A DNA stretch of 64,000 nt from Pyrodictiaceae archaeon (GCA_027036135.1 JALVSY010000030.1:128001-192000), one strand, 5' to 3'. Counted from the first letter of the stretch, positions 43,252-53,198 are shown. Notes: a model not told the origin generated them from the sequence alone. Program-made: numbers and translations.

Positions 43252-43377
43252 TAAATACTCCTATACACATACTTAGACGTGGCAAAGTCGGGAATACAGT
43301 AGCGGTAATGAGCTGCGTAGCTACATGACAAGCCTTGGTCACGGCCATAGAGAGGCCTGGTATGGGGTGACATAGTC

Positions 43378-43788
43378 TTGTCGTTTAGACGTGGAGGTCC
43401 TTCACGTAGGCCAAGAGAGAGAGAGGAAAGAGGAGGAAAACCTAGGCCAATGCCTCTCCCTGATGGCAGATGCAATCCTCTCTGCCCCTATTTCCGCTGC
43501 TTAAAGAATGCACTAACTGTGGTGCGTAAGCCCTCCCACGGGAAAATGCACCGTGTAGCTTATTGTAGATGGATAGGCGATGAATGTATAGGGGGCTCGT
43601 GCCAATATGCTGCATGTGCCTTGAAAGCCCTATTACCTGACGGTACGTGTCTCTATGCTAAGGAAAAGGGTCAAAAAGAGACACGAATAGAAGAGCTAGA
43701 GAGCGAGATAGCCAAAGAGGAGACCGAGATGTCTAAAGTAGAGCGACTAATGAAGAGAAGAGGCTACTACTTAGGCGACGAGTTCTAG
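43378..43788 (+). CDS. Cys-rich hypothetical protein with Arg-rich N-terminus
   Basis: CNPLCPYFRC...C.W..D.C...CQYA.C...PDG.C. Confidence 0.65.
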   Translation: MSFRRGGPSRRPREREERGGKPRPMPLPDGRCNPLCPYFRCLKNALTVVRKPSHGKMHRVAYCRWIGDECIGGSCQYAACALKALLPDGTCLYAKEKGQKETRIEELESEIAKEETEMSKVERLMKRRGYYLGDEF

Positions 43789-44375
43789 TTGATACCCCAC
43801 CGCTTGTACAAGTTATGCTCTATGCCGAGCACGTCAAGAACTTTCCCCACAACAAAGTCAACTATATCGTTCAGCGTTTTTGGCTTAGAATAGAACCCTG
43901 GTGCGGCAGGAAGAATTACAGCACCTGCTAGGCTTACTACGAGCATGTTACGTATCTCTATAGGACCTAAAGGAGTCTCCCGGATCACAAGAACAAGTTT
44001 TCTACGAAGCCGGAGCATTGATAATGCTGCGCGTGTTACTAGGTTATCTTGTATACCATGTGCGATCTTTGCTAAAGTATTCATACTACATGGTATAATA
44101 ACCATGGATTCTGGCGCACTGCTGCTGCTTGCATAAGGTGCTCTAAAGTCGTCATCCCTATATACATTACCAACATTGTTTCTCAAATACTCCTCGAGGT
44201 CAAGCCCTTCCTCGTGAGCCGCGACTTGGGCAGCAGCCTTACTATATATAACTGCAGCAAGTAGGTTCTTCTCGCGTAGTACCTCGATGAGCCTTATCGC
44301 GTATCTTATACCACTAGCCCCTGTAATTCCTACTAGCACGCCTCTGGAGATCCTACTCTTGCTCTGCCACGACAT
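43785..44375 (-). CDS. ubiX: Flavin prenyltransferase UbiX
   Basis: GITGASG, ASSS, PCSMNTLAKIA.G..DNL, RETPL, PGFYSKP. Confidence 0.92.
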   Translation of the reverse strand: MSWQSKSRISRGVLVGITGASGIRYAIRLIEVLREKNLLAAVIYSKAAAQVAAHEEGLDLEEYLRNNVGNVYRDDDFRAPYASSSSAPESMVIIPCSMNTLAKIAHGIQDNLVTRAALSMLRLRRKLVLVIRETPLGPIEIRNMLVVSLAGAVILPAAPGFYSKPKTLNDIVDFVVGKVLDVLGIEHNLYKRWGIN

Positions 44376-45105
44376 AGCCTAACCCTCCTAGCACGTATTT
44401 ACGACACACTATTCCCCTTACTCCATAGTGGTTATGTGATGCAATGTTCTCTATGAGTTTGCATAATTGTTCAACGCTTAGCCACCCCCTAAGACTCTTG
44501 CATAACCCTCTATAGTGTCGCCACTGTTTTGGCGCAAATAGGAGTGCTAAGATAGGAACAAAGAGACATACCCACGTCTTTACCGCTATAGACCTCATAG
44601 TTTCTCGTGGCAAGAAGATATCGCCAATCGCTATCCGTCCCTTATTGAGTATTCTTAGCATCTCAGCAACAGCATCGCCAAGATCCTTGAAGTCCCGTGC
44701 AGCGTAAAAAGCCGTGACCCCCGATACGGAGGAGGAGCGTAATGGAATATTCTCTGCAACTGCTACGATGCGGTCACAAAGAGCACTCGACGTAATGCTC
44801 TTTAACAATCTTGGAGATGGGTCAATCGCAACAATATATGATACCTGCTTACAAACATCAGCGATAACAGATACTGAGTCGCCGGGTCCAGCCCCTAAAT
44901 CAACTATAATTACCCTTCGCTGCTCATCGTTACCGTGCTGTATGTCCTTGCACATTTGCTTAATAGCGTCAAAGCGCACACGATTATCAAGCCCTAATGA
45001 CATTATTTTATTCATTCTACGATACGTATTAACAATGGCTTCTATGTCACGAACAATACACTCCCACGTATACTCGTCAAGCATTCGTGTAGCTCGCGAA
45101 GCCAT
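44353..45105 (-). CDS. UbiE/MenG-like SAM-dependent methyltransferase
   Basis: YRRMNKIMSLGLD, DLGAGPG, AENIP, EMLRIL. Confidence 0.75.
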   Translation of the reverse strand: MASRATRMLDEYTWECIVRDIEAIVNTYRRMNKIMSLGLDNRVRFDAIKQMCKDIQHGNDEQRRVIIVDLGAGPGDSVSVIADVCKQVSYIVAIDPSPRLLKSITSSALCDRIVAVAENIPLRSSSVSGVTAFYAARDFKDLGDAVAEMLRILNKGRIAIGDIFLPRETMRSIAVKTWVCLFVPILALLFAPKQWRHYRGLCKSLRGWLSVEQLCKLIENIASHNHYGVRGIVCRKYVLGGLGYVVAEQE

Positions 45106-45194
45106 GCTCTTCCCTAGCCCTTGTAAACACCGAGCACGCTTGGGCCCAAAAGTAATTAGCGAGGATCACAGAACTACTATAATAAGTAACATGG

Positions 45195-45785
45195 ATGGCC
45201 CCCAGGGCTCTCAGCAAACCAATGCATGAATCTCAAGTGCGTAGGGTGCTGATGGCCTTGAGGTTTGCTGGTATATTCGCTGTTTTGCCTCTGGCTGAGC
45301 TGGAGGCATATGATGTACCATGGGTTCCTACAAGGAGGCAGTTAATATCGCACATAATGAGGCTTGCTGCCTTATCGGAGAATGATGTATTTTATGACCT
45401 GGGGTGCGGCGATGGCAGAGTAGCTGTTGAAGCGGCTAAGCGTGGTGCCAAGGCTGTTTGTGTTGAGATTAGAAAGGATCTAATCGAGAAGGCCAAGGAG
45501 AATGCCAGGAAGAATAATGTCTACGAACGCATAGCGTTCATCAATGATAGCTTCTTTCACGTAGACTTAAGCGATGCCACTGTTGTATACATGTATCTAC
45601 TTACACGGGTAAATGCAGCGCTCAGACCTAAGCTAGAAAAAGAGCTAAAGCCTGGGACACGGGTGATTACTCTCGACTTCGAGATACCTAGATGGAAACC
45701 AGTACATGTAGAAAAACACTACATAGCAGGTCTTCTTAGGACCCTCTATCTATACATCGTTGGCATTAGTAACTTATCCCAGTAG
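45195..45785 (+). CDS. SAM-dependent methyltransferase, protein-lysine methyltransferase (aKMT/FAM173-like)
   Basis: VPWVPT, YDLGCGDGR, ATVVYMYL, LKPGTRV. Confidence 0.8.
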   Translation: MAPRALSKPMHESQVRRVLMALRFAGIFAVLPLAELEAYDVPWVPTRRQLISHIMRLAALSENDVFYDLGCGDGRVAVEAAKRGAKAVCVEIRKDLIEKAKENARKNNVYERIAFINDSFFHVDLSDATVVYMYLLTRVNAALRPKLEKELKPGTRVITLDFEIPRWKPVHVEKHYIAGLLRTLYLYIVGISNLSQ

Positions 45786-46721
45786 CATCGCAGCTATTAT
45801 TGGCAGGAGCATCGTTGCATCCCCGTAGATTACTACGTGCCTAGCTTTGGGTCTTATTTTACCCCAACTTATAGCCTCACGGGGATGAGCACCACTAAGA
45901 CTACCATCATACTCGACAGCTGTTGTTAGGTAAACGGCGCAGTCCAGGCCCTCCCTGAACTGTGCCCACCAGATGGTGTGATGCTTACTTATACCACCGC
46001 CTACGATCAACGCTACAGCCTTCTTTGCATGAAAGAATTTTTCAGCCATAACTTTCTCGTCTAGGAATGGATTGATCCTCAGCTCTTTATGCGTCTCGGT
46101 GTAAGTAAAGAGGGCTGTCCCAAAGGCTCCGTCGAGGTACCCAGGGACTATAATTGGTGTAGATGTCTTGTACGCCGCGTTGAGTATACTGTTAGAGTCA
46201 TTAATTCTTTTCCCAATCTCCCATATTATTTCGTATACCCCCCATTCTCTTCCTTTGTTGAGATCGTCTAGGGTCTCGTATACCTTTTTCTCTATTAGTG
46301 GTCCATAGTTCTCAACGGGTATGAATATGTTACCTAGCCTATGTATCTTGAGATCACGAAGAACCTTATCATCGGCTTCAAAGAAGCCCTTATAGTATGT
46401 TCCTCCAAAACTCCTAGCTATATCGTGGTCTAAGGTCCCACATGTAGTCACCACTAAATTAAATATCTTTTCTTGTATCAATTGTGCAAATATTCCTCTA
46501 AGCCCTGTTGCAACAAGATTAGCGGTGAACGATATAACTCTTAGATCGGCGTCTTTTAGACAATCTTTTAGTATCTTTATTCCTCTGACAAGGTGTCCCA
46601 CCATGAATCCATGAATGTCCTCGTACATTTTTACAAGCTCCTCAATAGTCATGCCAGGTGATATTCTGGCGTCCCTTACAGGTTCGTTTAGTACATCCTC
46701 TCTTCTCATGATATTCGCCAC
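45774..46721 (-). CDS. dys: Deoxyhypusine synthase
   Basis: TANLVATGLRG, GGGISKH, DGSLSGAHPREAISWGK, GDAT. Confidence 0.94.
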   Translation of the reverse strand: MANIMRREDVLNEPVRDARISPGMTIEELVKMYEDIHGFMVGHLVRGIKILKDCLKDADLRVISFTANLVATGLRGIFAQLIQEKIFNLVVTTCGTLDHDIARSFGGTYYKGFFEADDKVLRDLKIHRLGNIFIPVENYGPLIEKKVYETLDDLNKGREWGVYEIIWEIGKRINDSNSILNAAYKTSTPIIVPGYLDGAFGTALFTYTETHKELRINPFLDEKVMAEKFFHAKKAVALIVGGGISKHHTIWWAQFREGLDCAVYLTTAVEYDGSLSGAHPREAISWGKIRPKARHVVIYGDATMLLPIIAAMLLG

Positions 46722-46797
46722 TTCTTTTGTACCTCTCTGAGGCGATTTATTACTTGGCCGGGGCTAAGGCACCACGAGGCATCGGTGTGAGACCATT

Positions 46798-47523
46798 ATG
46801 AATAGCAGCAGTAAAGGTCTTAGTGGAAAACGTCGCTGGTATGCTAGTGAGAGAATAGCATTTAAATTACTAGATGAGACGGGTTATCATATTGTTGAGA
46901 CGCATAAGAAGATAGTCATTGATGGTGTTGAAGTCGGCGAAGTTGATGCCATAGCTCTGGGCCCGGATAATGAGTACTATGCTGTTGAGGTTAAGGCTGG
47001 AAGACTTGACGTGCATGGGGTTCGCCAGGTAGTTAGTAATGCTATGCTGCTGGGCATGAAGCCTCTAGCAATATGTAAGGGCTTTGCCGATGACGCAGCT
47101 AAGAAGGTTGCTGAGAAGCTAGGAGTTAAGGTTATTGAGCTTAGCGATGTATTCCTAGTCGATGCCGAGGAGCTAGAGGAGATAGTTTATGGCGCTGCTC
47201 TGGAAGCGTTCTCGGAGACTCTAAGAATACTAATTGATCCGGGCATAAAGGTACCAATAATATATCTAGATTATTTAAGATCCATAGCACGTAGTGATAA
47301 TCTCCACGATGCTGCTACAAGGCTTAATAAGGATGTCAAGGATCTTTTGCCCGTGTTTTCGTGGCTACGCTCGTTGTCGCCCATTGCAAGGAGAGGTGGA
47401 TATAAATCAATACGTTTGGTTGCATCACTGGTTTTGCTTAGGCTTCAGTTACAAGGGTTACTTGACTCACTTAGCCGTGATCTAGAAGCGTTTAGTAGAC
47501 TCGCGGAAAGGCTAGGGGTGTAA
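46798..47523 (+). CDS. PD-(D/E)XK restriction endonuclease-like protein
   Basis: SERIA...GEVDAIA...AVEVKAG motif. Confidence 0.7.
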   Translation: MNSSSKGLSGKRRWYASERIAFKLLDETGYHIVETHKKIVIDGVEVGEVDAIALGPDNEYYAVEVKAGRLDVHGVRQVVSNAMLLGMKPLAICKGFADDAAKKVAEKLGVKVIELSDVFLVDAEELEEIVYGAALEAFSETLRILIDPGIKVPIIYLDYLRSIARSDNLHDAATRLNKDVKDLLPVFSWLRSLSPIARRGGYKSIRLVASLVLLRLQLQGLLDSLSRDLEAFSRLAERLGV

Positions 47524-47527
47524 TTTC

Positions 47528-48274
47528 TTGAACCCAAAGGAGGTCAAGGCTTCTATTAGGCAGAGGATTTGGAAACTCTTAGAGGAGCAGAACATAGCTC
47601 GTTTCCCTAGACCAGTCTATGGACGGATACCTAACTTTGCCGGGGCCCGTGAAGCAGCAATGAATCTCGCTAAGACTCATATCTGGAAAGAGGCGCGTAT
47701 AGTGAAGGTTAACCCTGATTCTCCGCAGAAATGGGTTAGGTTGATGGCGCTTCGGCAAGGCAAGCTACTAGTAATGGCGACGCCACGGATTAGAGAAGGG
47801 TTCATAATTCTTGATCCAAGCAAAATACCTTCGTTTCTTTATGAGAAGGCTGCAACAATACGCGGAGCCTTTCAGCTAGGGCAAAAGATAGGGCTAGACG
47901 AGCTGAGGGAACTGGGAGGTATTGACCTAATAGTTACTGGCTCTGTTGCTGTCGACCGACAAGGGCATCGCATAGGTAAGGGAGAGGGGTATGCTGAATT
48001 GGAGTATGCTATTCTTCGCGAGCTTGGACTAGTCGGCGATGATACACCCATAGCGACAACTGTTCATGACGTACAAATAGTTGAACGGATTCCACGTGAA
48101 CCTTATGACTTAGTTGTTGACTACATAGCTACTCCGACGCGGATTATTGAGACCCTTTCTGGCGAGAAGAAGCCTCCTGGAATACTATGGGATATGCTGC
48201 CATGTGAGAAAATGAGGAAAATTCCTATACTCATGGAGCTCGCTAGACGTAAAGGAGTTAAAAAGCAATGCTAG
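47528..48274 (+). CDS. 5-formyltetrahydrofolate cyclo-ligase paralog (COG0212/MTHFSD-like)
   Basis: RIPNFAGA, KVNPDSPQ, GSVAVD, RIGKGEGYAELE. Confidence 0.88.
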   Translation: MNPKEVKASIRQRIWKLLEEQNIARFPRPVYGRIPNFAGAREAAMNLAKTHIWKEARIVKVNPDSPQKWVRLMALRQGKLLVMATPRIREGFIILDPSKIPSFLYEKAATIRGAFQLGQKIGLDELRELGGIDLIVTGSVAVDRQGHRIGKGEGYAELEYAILRELGLVGDDTPIATTVHDVQIVERIPREPYDLVVDYIATPTRIIETLSGEKKPPGILWDMLPCEKMRKIPILMELARRKGVKKQC

Positions 48275-48278
48275 ATAC

Positions 48279-49475
48279 TTAGAGAACAGTACCCGGCTCT
48301 ACCCCGTATCGCTTGACTAGTTCATTGTAATCGATGAAGCATAGCGGATCATCTCCCCATTCATCCCCGGTAAGTGCTAGGGCTCTTCCACGGCTTCCTC
48401 CTCCACATATTCTCCTAAATGGACACTTACCGCATCTCTCGCCGCGCAGGTATTTCTCTATATTTATAAACGGCTTTAGTTTCTCATTATCAGGTCTAAG
48501 TATCTCTGAAAGACTTTGCTCCCTTAGGTTGCCTAGACTCACCCAGTCTATGAACTGACAGGGCTTAACCTCCCCATCAGGGTATATGCTTATGCTCTTG
48601 CGTCCACAGTTGCCCTGTGCGTCTAGCATCTTGATGTATTGGAGAAACTCTTCTCTGTTCTTGGCTAGTAGCGAGGCTATATAGAAGCCCATGAATTGCG
48701 CACGCACAACTAGTATCTCCATGTCGTCTGCATATTTTCGGGCCTCATCTATGAGTACATGTGCTAATTTCTTTAGCTGATCATGGCTCGGTAACAAGTC
48801 CTTGATGAAAGCGCCACGACCAACGGTGTCAAGGATATAGAGACTTACTCTCCTTATTCCATTGTCGTGTGCCCACTTGAGTATGGCTGGCACCTCGTCC
48901 ACGTTAAACTTGGTGATAGTAGTACGTATTCCGACATCGATGCCTGCTTCCAGGGAGTTCTTTATACCTCTAACAGCTGCCTCAAAGGCTCCCTTGACGC
49001 CACGGAAGTAGTCATGCCTAGCTGGTACAATGCTATCTATTGATATACCTACGTATACGAATCCATAAGATGCTAGTTTATGGGCTATATCGCGTGTTAT
49101 TAGAGTCCCATTGGTGCTAAGTGAGAGCTTTGGTCTTTGCTTATTAGCCATGGGTTCAACTATTTCCCAGAAGTCCTCGCGTACGAGTGGTTCGCCCCCA
49201 GAGAGTATAACTAATGGTATTCCTATCTTGACAGTCTCCTCAGCTACTCTTCTTGCCTCCTCCGTTGTTAACTCGTATCTATCATCGTACTGGCCCGCGC
49301 TTATATAACAATGTATGCACTTCAAGTTGCACTTGTAGGTTATGTTCCAGAAGACTATGGGTCTTAGGATATCACTGAATCTAGATGGCTTACGTGGCCC
49401 GTAATGACCCTTTATCCTAGTTGATACTGTTCCTTTCCCTGTAACCATAACGGTAACCGGGATCAACGGTCTCAC
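48279..49475 (-). CDS. ahbC: Radical SAM/SPASM protein, AhbC-like (alternative heme biosynthesis)
   Basis: WNITYKCNLKCIHCY, SGGEP, SPASM CGKCPFRRICGG; operon context. Confidence 0.7.
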   Translation of the reverse strand: MRPLIPVTVMVTGKGTVSTRIKGHYGPRKPSRFSDILRPIVFWNITYKCNLKCIHCYISAGQYDDRYELTTEEARRVAEETVKIGIPLVILSGGEPLVREDFWEIVEPMANKQRPKLSLSTNGTLITRDIAHKLASYGFVYVGISIDSIVPARHDYFRGVKGAFEAAVRGIKNSLEAGIDVGIRTTITKFNVDEVPAILKWAHDNGIRRVSLYILDTVGRGAFIKDLLPSHDQLKKLAHVLIDEARKYADDMEILVVRAQFMGFYIASLLAKNREEFLQYIKMLDAQGNCGRKSISIYPDGEVKPCQFIDWVSLGNLREQSLSEILRPDNEKLKPFINIEKYLRGERCGKCPFRRICGGGSRGRALALTGDEWGDDPLCFIDYNELVKRYGVEPGTVL

Positions 49476-49490
49476 CTAGAATAGCCTATA

Positions 49491-50483
49491 TCACCTAATT
49501 ATGCCGGGCAGTAGGTCTCTTAGACTTATTATTTGTAAATAGTCCTTTACGTAGGGGCTTTCATCGAGTTTTTCGTAGACCGGTCTCAGCCTAGTCTCAT
49601 CAACCGCGTGTACCATCATATAGCAGTTGTGTCTCCACTTTTCGGGCGGCCATGGCTCCCTAAGAACAACGTGTGTTGCCTCCGGCACGTTATCCGTGAC
49701 CCACTCGCACAGCTCGGTCTCTTTTGTCGCAGGTTGCATTACGACCATGGCGTTATAGGTAAACCCTGCTCTATGACCATCAAGTGCCGCGCCAGGGTCG
49801 CCTAGTACTCCCTTCTCTAGGAGCATCTTCGCTATTTCGACTAGTCTTTCTTCGTCTAGTCCATATTTTGTTGCTAGCTCTTTATAGGGCTCTCGTTTAA
49901 GTGGTAGTACTCTAAGTGCTCTAACAAGGTTGGTGTCAAGGCCCAGCTCGCTAGGTGATGGTGGGTTCTCAACTATCTTGCTAAAGGGTCCTGCTCTGCT
50001 AACTCCTTTTTCGAGGTCGTATTTTACGCTAAGTCTGTAGACGCGTTTACTCCATAGTATGACGAAGTCTGCTTTGTTCTGGGTGGCGAGTTTCTCTATT
50101 TTGTTTTTGAGTGCTTCTTTGTTCTTATCGCGGACAACCACCCAGAGGTTATAGTAGGGATGATTCCTTATATAGCTATGCGTTGTTGTGAAGTTCTTAA
50201 GAATCTCGTTTGCTAGTTTCTCCGGCTCATCGGTTCTAAATGCTACGAGTGCAGCTACCTCTCTATAAGACTTGTAATTGACGTAGAAGCCTATTCGCTT
50301 AAGTATTCCTAGCTCTCTCATCTTCTTAGCAACACCGATTATCTCGTCAACACTAGTTCCTAGACGCTTAGCTACTACATCGAATGGCTTAGATACTAGT
50401 GGGAAATTGTACTGTAGCTCCATTAGCACACGTTTTTCGGTATCACTCATACATGTTATCAAAGGCTGAACCCCCTTGTCCAA
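49491..50483 (-). CDS. ahbAB: Fused siroheme decarboxylase AhbA/AhbB (NirDL-like)
   Basis: Two Lrp-like modules: LQYNFPLVSKPF / HSYIR...NLW and LPLKREPY / THVVLR...YMMVH. Confidence 0.8.
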   Translation of the reverse strand: MDKGVQPLITCMSDTEKRVLMELQYNFPLVSKPFDVVAKRLGTSVDEIIGVAKKMRELGILKRIGFYVNYKSYREVAALVAFRTDEPEKLANEILKNFTTTHSYIRNHPYYNLWVVVRDKNKEALKNKIEKLATQNKADFVILWSKRVYRLSVKYDLEKGVSRAGPFSKIVENPPSPSELGLDTNLVRALRVLPLKREPYKELATKYGLDEERLVEIAKMLLEKGVLGDPGAALDGHRAGFTYNAMVVMQPATKETELCEWVTDNVPEATHVVLREPWPPEKWRHNCYMMVHAVDETRLRPVYEKLDESPYVKDYLQIISLRDLLPGIIR

Positions 50484-50496
50484 GTAGCTTAGTCGG

Positions 50497-51723
50497 CTAG
50501 CTCCTCGATGGCTTAACAGGTAGAATTAGGCGTAGACCTTCAATTTTGGATGAGTATTCCGAGATATTGATTCCAAGTTTTTGGACAAGTTCTGTAAACT
50601 CTCCAGGCTGATAGGGGCATGCAGGATCCTCGCCCAGAGGGTCAGCTTTCAGGGTATAGGCGCGTGCTCTGCTTCCACCGCATATGTCTCTGAACTCGCA
50701 TATTCCGCATCTGCCCTTGAACTCGGCTGAGCGGATCTTTCGTAGGACGGGATGCGTTCTATATATCTCAACGAGGCTCTTCGTCCTGACATTCCCCAAG
50801 GGGTATGGCATGAAGCCACTAGGGTACACGGTACCGTCGTACGCGATAAAGATTATCCCCTTACCGTCACGTGTCCCCGTAGTAGCTACCATAGGACGTG
50901 TCTTTGGTTCTCCTAGCAATTCCTTGAGCCTATTATGCAGGTAGTCATAGAGCTTGCCTAGTCTAAAGAACTTCATGTAATCTATGCCCCTAGACTCCAA
51001 AATAAGACGCGTCAGAGCTATGCGCCTAAACATTGGGCCCTCTGTTGTTCTTACAACTATGCCGTATTTTGATACATCGTATAAGAAGTTGCTGACATCC
51101 TCCCACTCCTGCGGTGTTAGATCTAGTTCTTTTTGTGCACGTCCGACGGGTATAAGGTAGAAGACCTCCCACGTCTTAATACCTATATCATTTAGTAACT
51201 TAGCGATATCTGCCAAGTCTCTGGCATTATCACGCATTACGGCTGTATTTACTTGTACACGTATACCTCTCTCTACCATTTGCTTAAGTATGTTAACTGT
51301 TCTTTGGAAGTGACCCGGTATACCCCTAATATTGTCGTGGATCTCTGGTCTACTTCCATCAAGGCTTATGCTAACACTTATTTCCCTAGACTCTATCTCG
51401 TTAAGAGAGTTCTCTAAGATATTCGTCACGGCTGGAGCTAATGCGACCCTTACCTTTCTTTCAATCGCGTAGTCTACTAGTTCCCAAATATCTTTGCGCA
51501 TTAGCGGGTCTCCACCAGTGAATACTAGTATTGGGCTTGGTTGCCCGAACCTTGCTACGTCGTCTATCAGTTTCTTGCCTTCTTCTGTGTTTAGCTCACC
51601 TGGTAGCGGGTTGAGTATCGCGGATGCTCTGCAATGTTTACAAGCTAGCTTACAAGCCTTGGTTGTTTCCCAGAATACTAGTAAGGGCTTTTCGTCGAAA
51701 GGCCATCTCGTGGCGGTATGCAT
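50497..51723 (-). CDS. ahbD: Radical SAM/SPASM protein, AhbD-like heme synthase
   Basis: WETTKACKLACKHCRA, TGGDP, GRCGICEFRDICGGSRARA; start moved to ATG 51723. Confidence 0.65.
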   Translation of the reverse strand: MHTATRWPFDEKPLLVFWETTKACKLACKHCRASAILNPLPGELNTEEGKKLIDDVARFGQPSPILVFTGGDPLMRKDIWELVDYAIERKVRVALAPAVTNILENSLNEIESREISVSISLDGSRPEIHDNIRGIPGHFQRTVNILKQMVERGIRVQVNTAVMRDNARDLADIAKLLNDIGIKTWEVFYLIPVGRAQKELDLTPQEWEDVSNFLYDVSKYGIVVRTTEGPMFRRIALTRLILESRGIDYMKFFRLGKLYDYLHNRLKELLGEPKTRPMVATTGTRDGKGIIFIAYDGTVYPSGFMPYPLGNVRTKSLVEIYRTHPVLRKIRSAEFKGRCGICEFRDICGGSRARAYTLKADPLGEDPACPYQPGEFTELVQKLGINISEYSSKIEGLRLILPVKPSRS

Positions 51724-51802
51724 ACTGGTACCCTCTATCCATGATGTAAACACTTGTTTAAGCTGAGACAATCTTATATAATTTTTCACTGAATGATTTG
51801 CG

Positions 51803-51862
51803 CGGATGATGAGGCTAGACGACGCAGAGTTTCCTCAATGAAGAGGCGCTGGGGGCTGAACA
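51803..51862 (+). ncRNA. Box C/D guide sRNA with a tRNA-complementary D' guide
   Basis: C ATGATGA 51806-12; guide GGCTAGACGACG; D' CAGA; C' ATGAAGA; guide GGCGCTGGGGG; D CTGA 51856-59; TTATATA about 27 nt upstream. Confidence 0.88.
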
Positions 51863-51869
51863 CCTAGCT

Positions 51870-53198
51870 CTATGGGACTAGTCTCTCAGGGTCCCTTGGC
51901 AACAGCCTTGCCTCTCTGATATTGCCGAGACCAAGGAACTGCATTACTACGCGCTCTAGCCCTATTCCTGCACCTCCGTGAGGTGGTGCACCGTAGCGGA
52001 ACATAGCTAGATACCATTCAAAGTTCTTTGGGTTAAGACCCTTCTCTTGAAGCTGGCTAACAAGTACCTCATAGCGATGCTCACGCTGTCCTCCCGTAGC
52101 TATCTCTAGCCCACGGAATAACAGATCAAAACTATATGTCCAATCGGGTTCATCGCTCTTCCTCATCGTATAGAATGGACGAACCTTCCAGGGATACTCC
52201 GTGACGAAAACCAGGGGTGAACCATACTCTTTGAGCACTATTTCTCCGAGCTTTCGCTCAGCCTCACTGCTTAGATCCTCGCCTTCTTCTATGCTTACCC
52301 CTGCACTTCTTAGGAGTTTATAGGCCTCACGTATCGTGATTCTCGGTACAGTGCGCGGCACCTCCATTAAGGCATCGGAGAAATACTCTTGAACCCTATC
52401 CTTATATTTTCCTAAAGCCGACCTTATCATTGACAGCACGGCGTTCTCCGCCACTTTCATCACATCCTCGTAGCTATCTATGAACCCCATCTCGAAGTCC
52501 ACGCTTGTGTACTCAGTTAGATGTCTAGTAGTGTGATGTGGTTCTGCCCTAAAGGCAGGCCCTACCTCAAATACCTTCTCGAACCCGGCTATTACGCCCA
52601 TTTGTTTATAGAGCTGGGGCGACTGGGCCAAAAATGCTGGGCGATCAAAATATACTATGCTAAAAACCTCTGCTCCACCCTCGGTGGCTGCGCCAACTAT
52701 TTTAGAGGTATAGATCTCAATGAATCCGTTGCTGTGGAAGAATTCTCGAGCAGCTCGAGCCATTTCTGCTTCAACAAGGAATATGAGTTGGTTCCGAGGA
52801 TGACGTAAGTCAAGGAAGCGCCAGTCAAGTCTCTTTGCAAGAGTTGTTTTACTTGGGTCTTTTATATCAATAGGTAGCGGTTCTGCCCTCGAATATACTA
52901 CGAGTTCCTCAACTACTATCTCTCTACCACCAAGTGCAGCCTTGCTCTCAACAAGGGTTCCTCTAGCCCCGATAACGCTCTCTGGCGATAACTTCTTTGC
53001 CTCCCTCCAGGCGGTTTCGGACACGTTTTTCTTTACAACCAGCTGCATTTTACCAGTTCTATCCCTAAGCACTATGAATACTAGCTTACCATGTACTCTT
53101 ATTGTGTCGACCCAACCTGCTACGACGTATTTTTCCCCTATCTTTGCGTTCTGAAGTAGCTCTGCAATGTACCTTCGTTCAGCAAGTCGTATAGCCAT
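51870..53198 (-). CDS. aspS: Aspartyl-tRNA synthetase (archaeal type)
   Basis: RLDWRFLDLR, LAQSPQLYKQ, FRAE, GAPPHGGAGIGLER. Confidence 0.95.
   Translation of the reverse strand: MAIRLAERRYIAELLQNAKIGEKYVVAGWVDTIRVHGKLVFIVLRDRTGKMQLVVKKNVSETAWREAKKLSPESVIGARGTLVESKAALGGREIVVEELVVYSRAEPLPIDIKDPSKTTLAKRLDWRFLDLRHPRNQLIFLVEAEMARAAREFFHSNGFIEIYTSKIVGAATEGGAEVFSIVYFDRPAFLAQSPQLYKQMGVIAGFEKVFEVGPAFRAEPHHTTRHLTEYTSVDFEMGFIDSYEDVMKVAENAVLSMIRSALGKYKDRVQEYFSDALMEVPRTVPRITIREAYKLLRSAGVSIEEGEDLSSEAERKLGEIVLKEYGSPLVFVTEYPWKVRPFYTMRKSDEPDWTYSFDLLFRGLEIATGGQREHRYEVLVSQLQEKGLNPKNFEWYLAMFRYGAPPHGGAGIGLERVVMQFLGLGNIREARLLPRDPERLVP

Noticed and set aside
46798-47523. PD-(D/E)XK nuclease as a possible defence system
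   Set aside because: Solitary gene in a housekeeping context, with no adjacent methylase, ATPase or other defence gene
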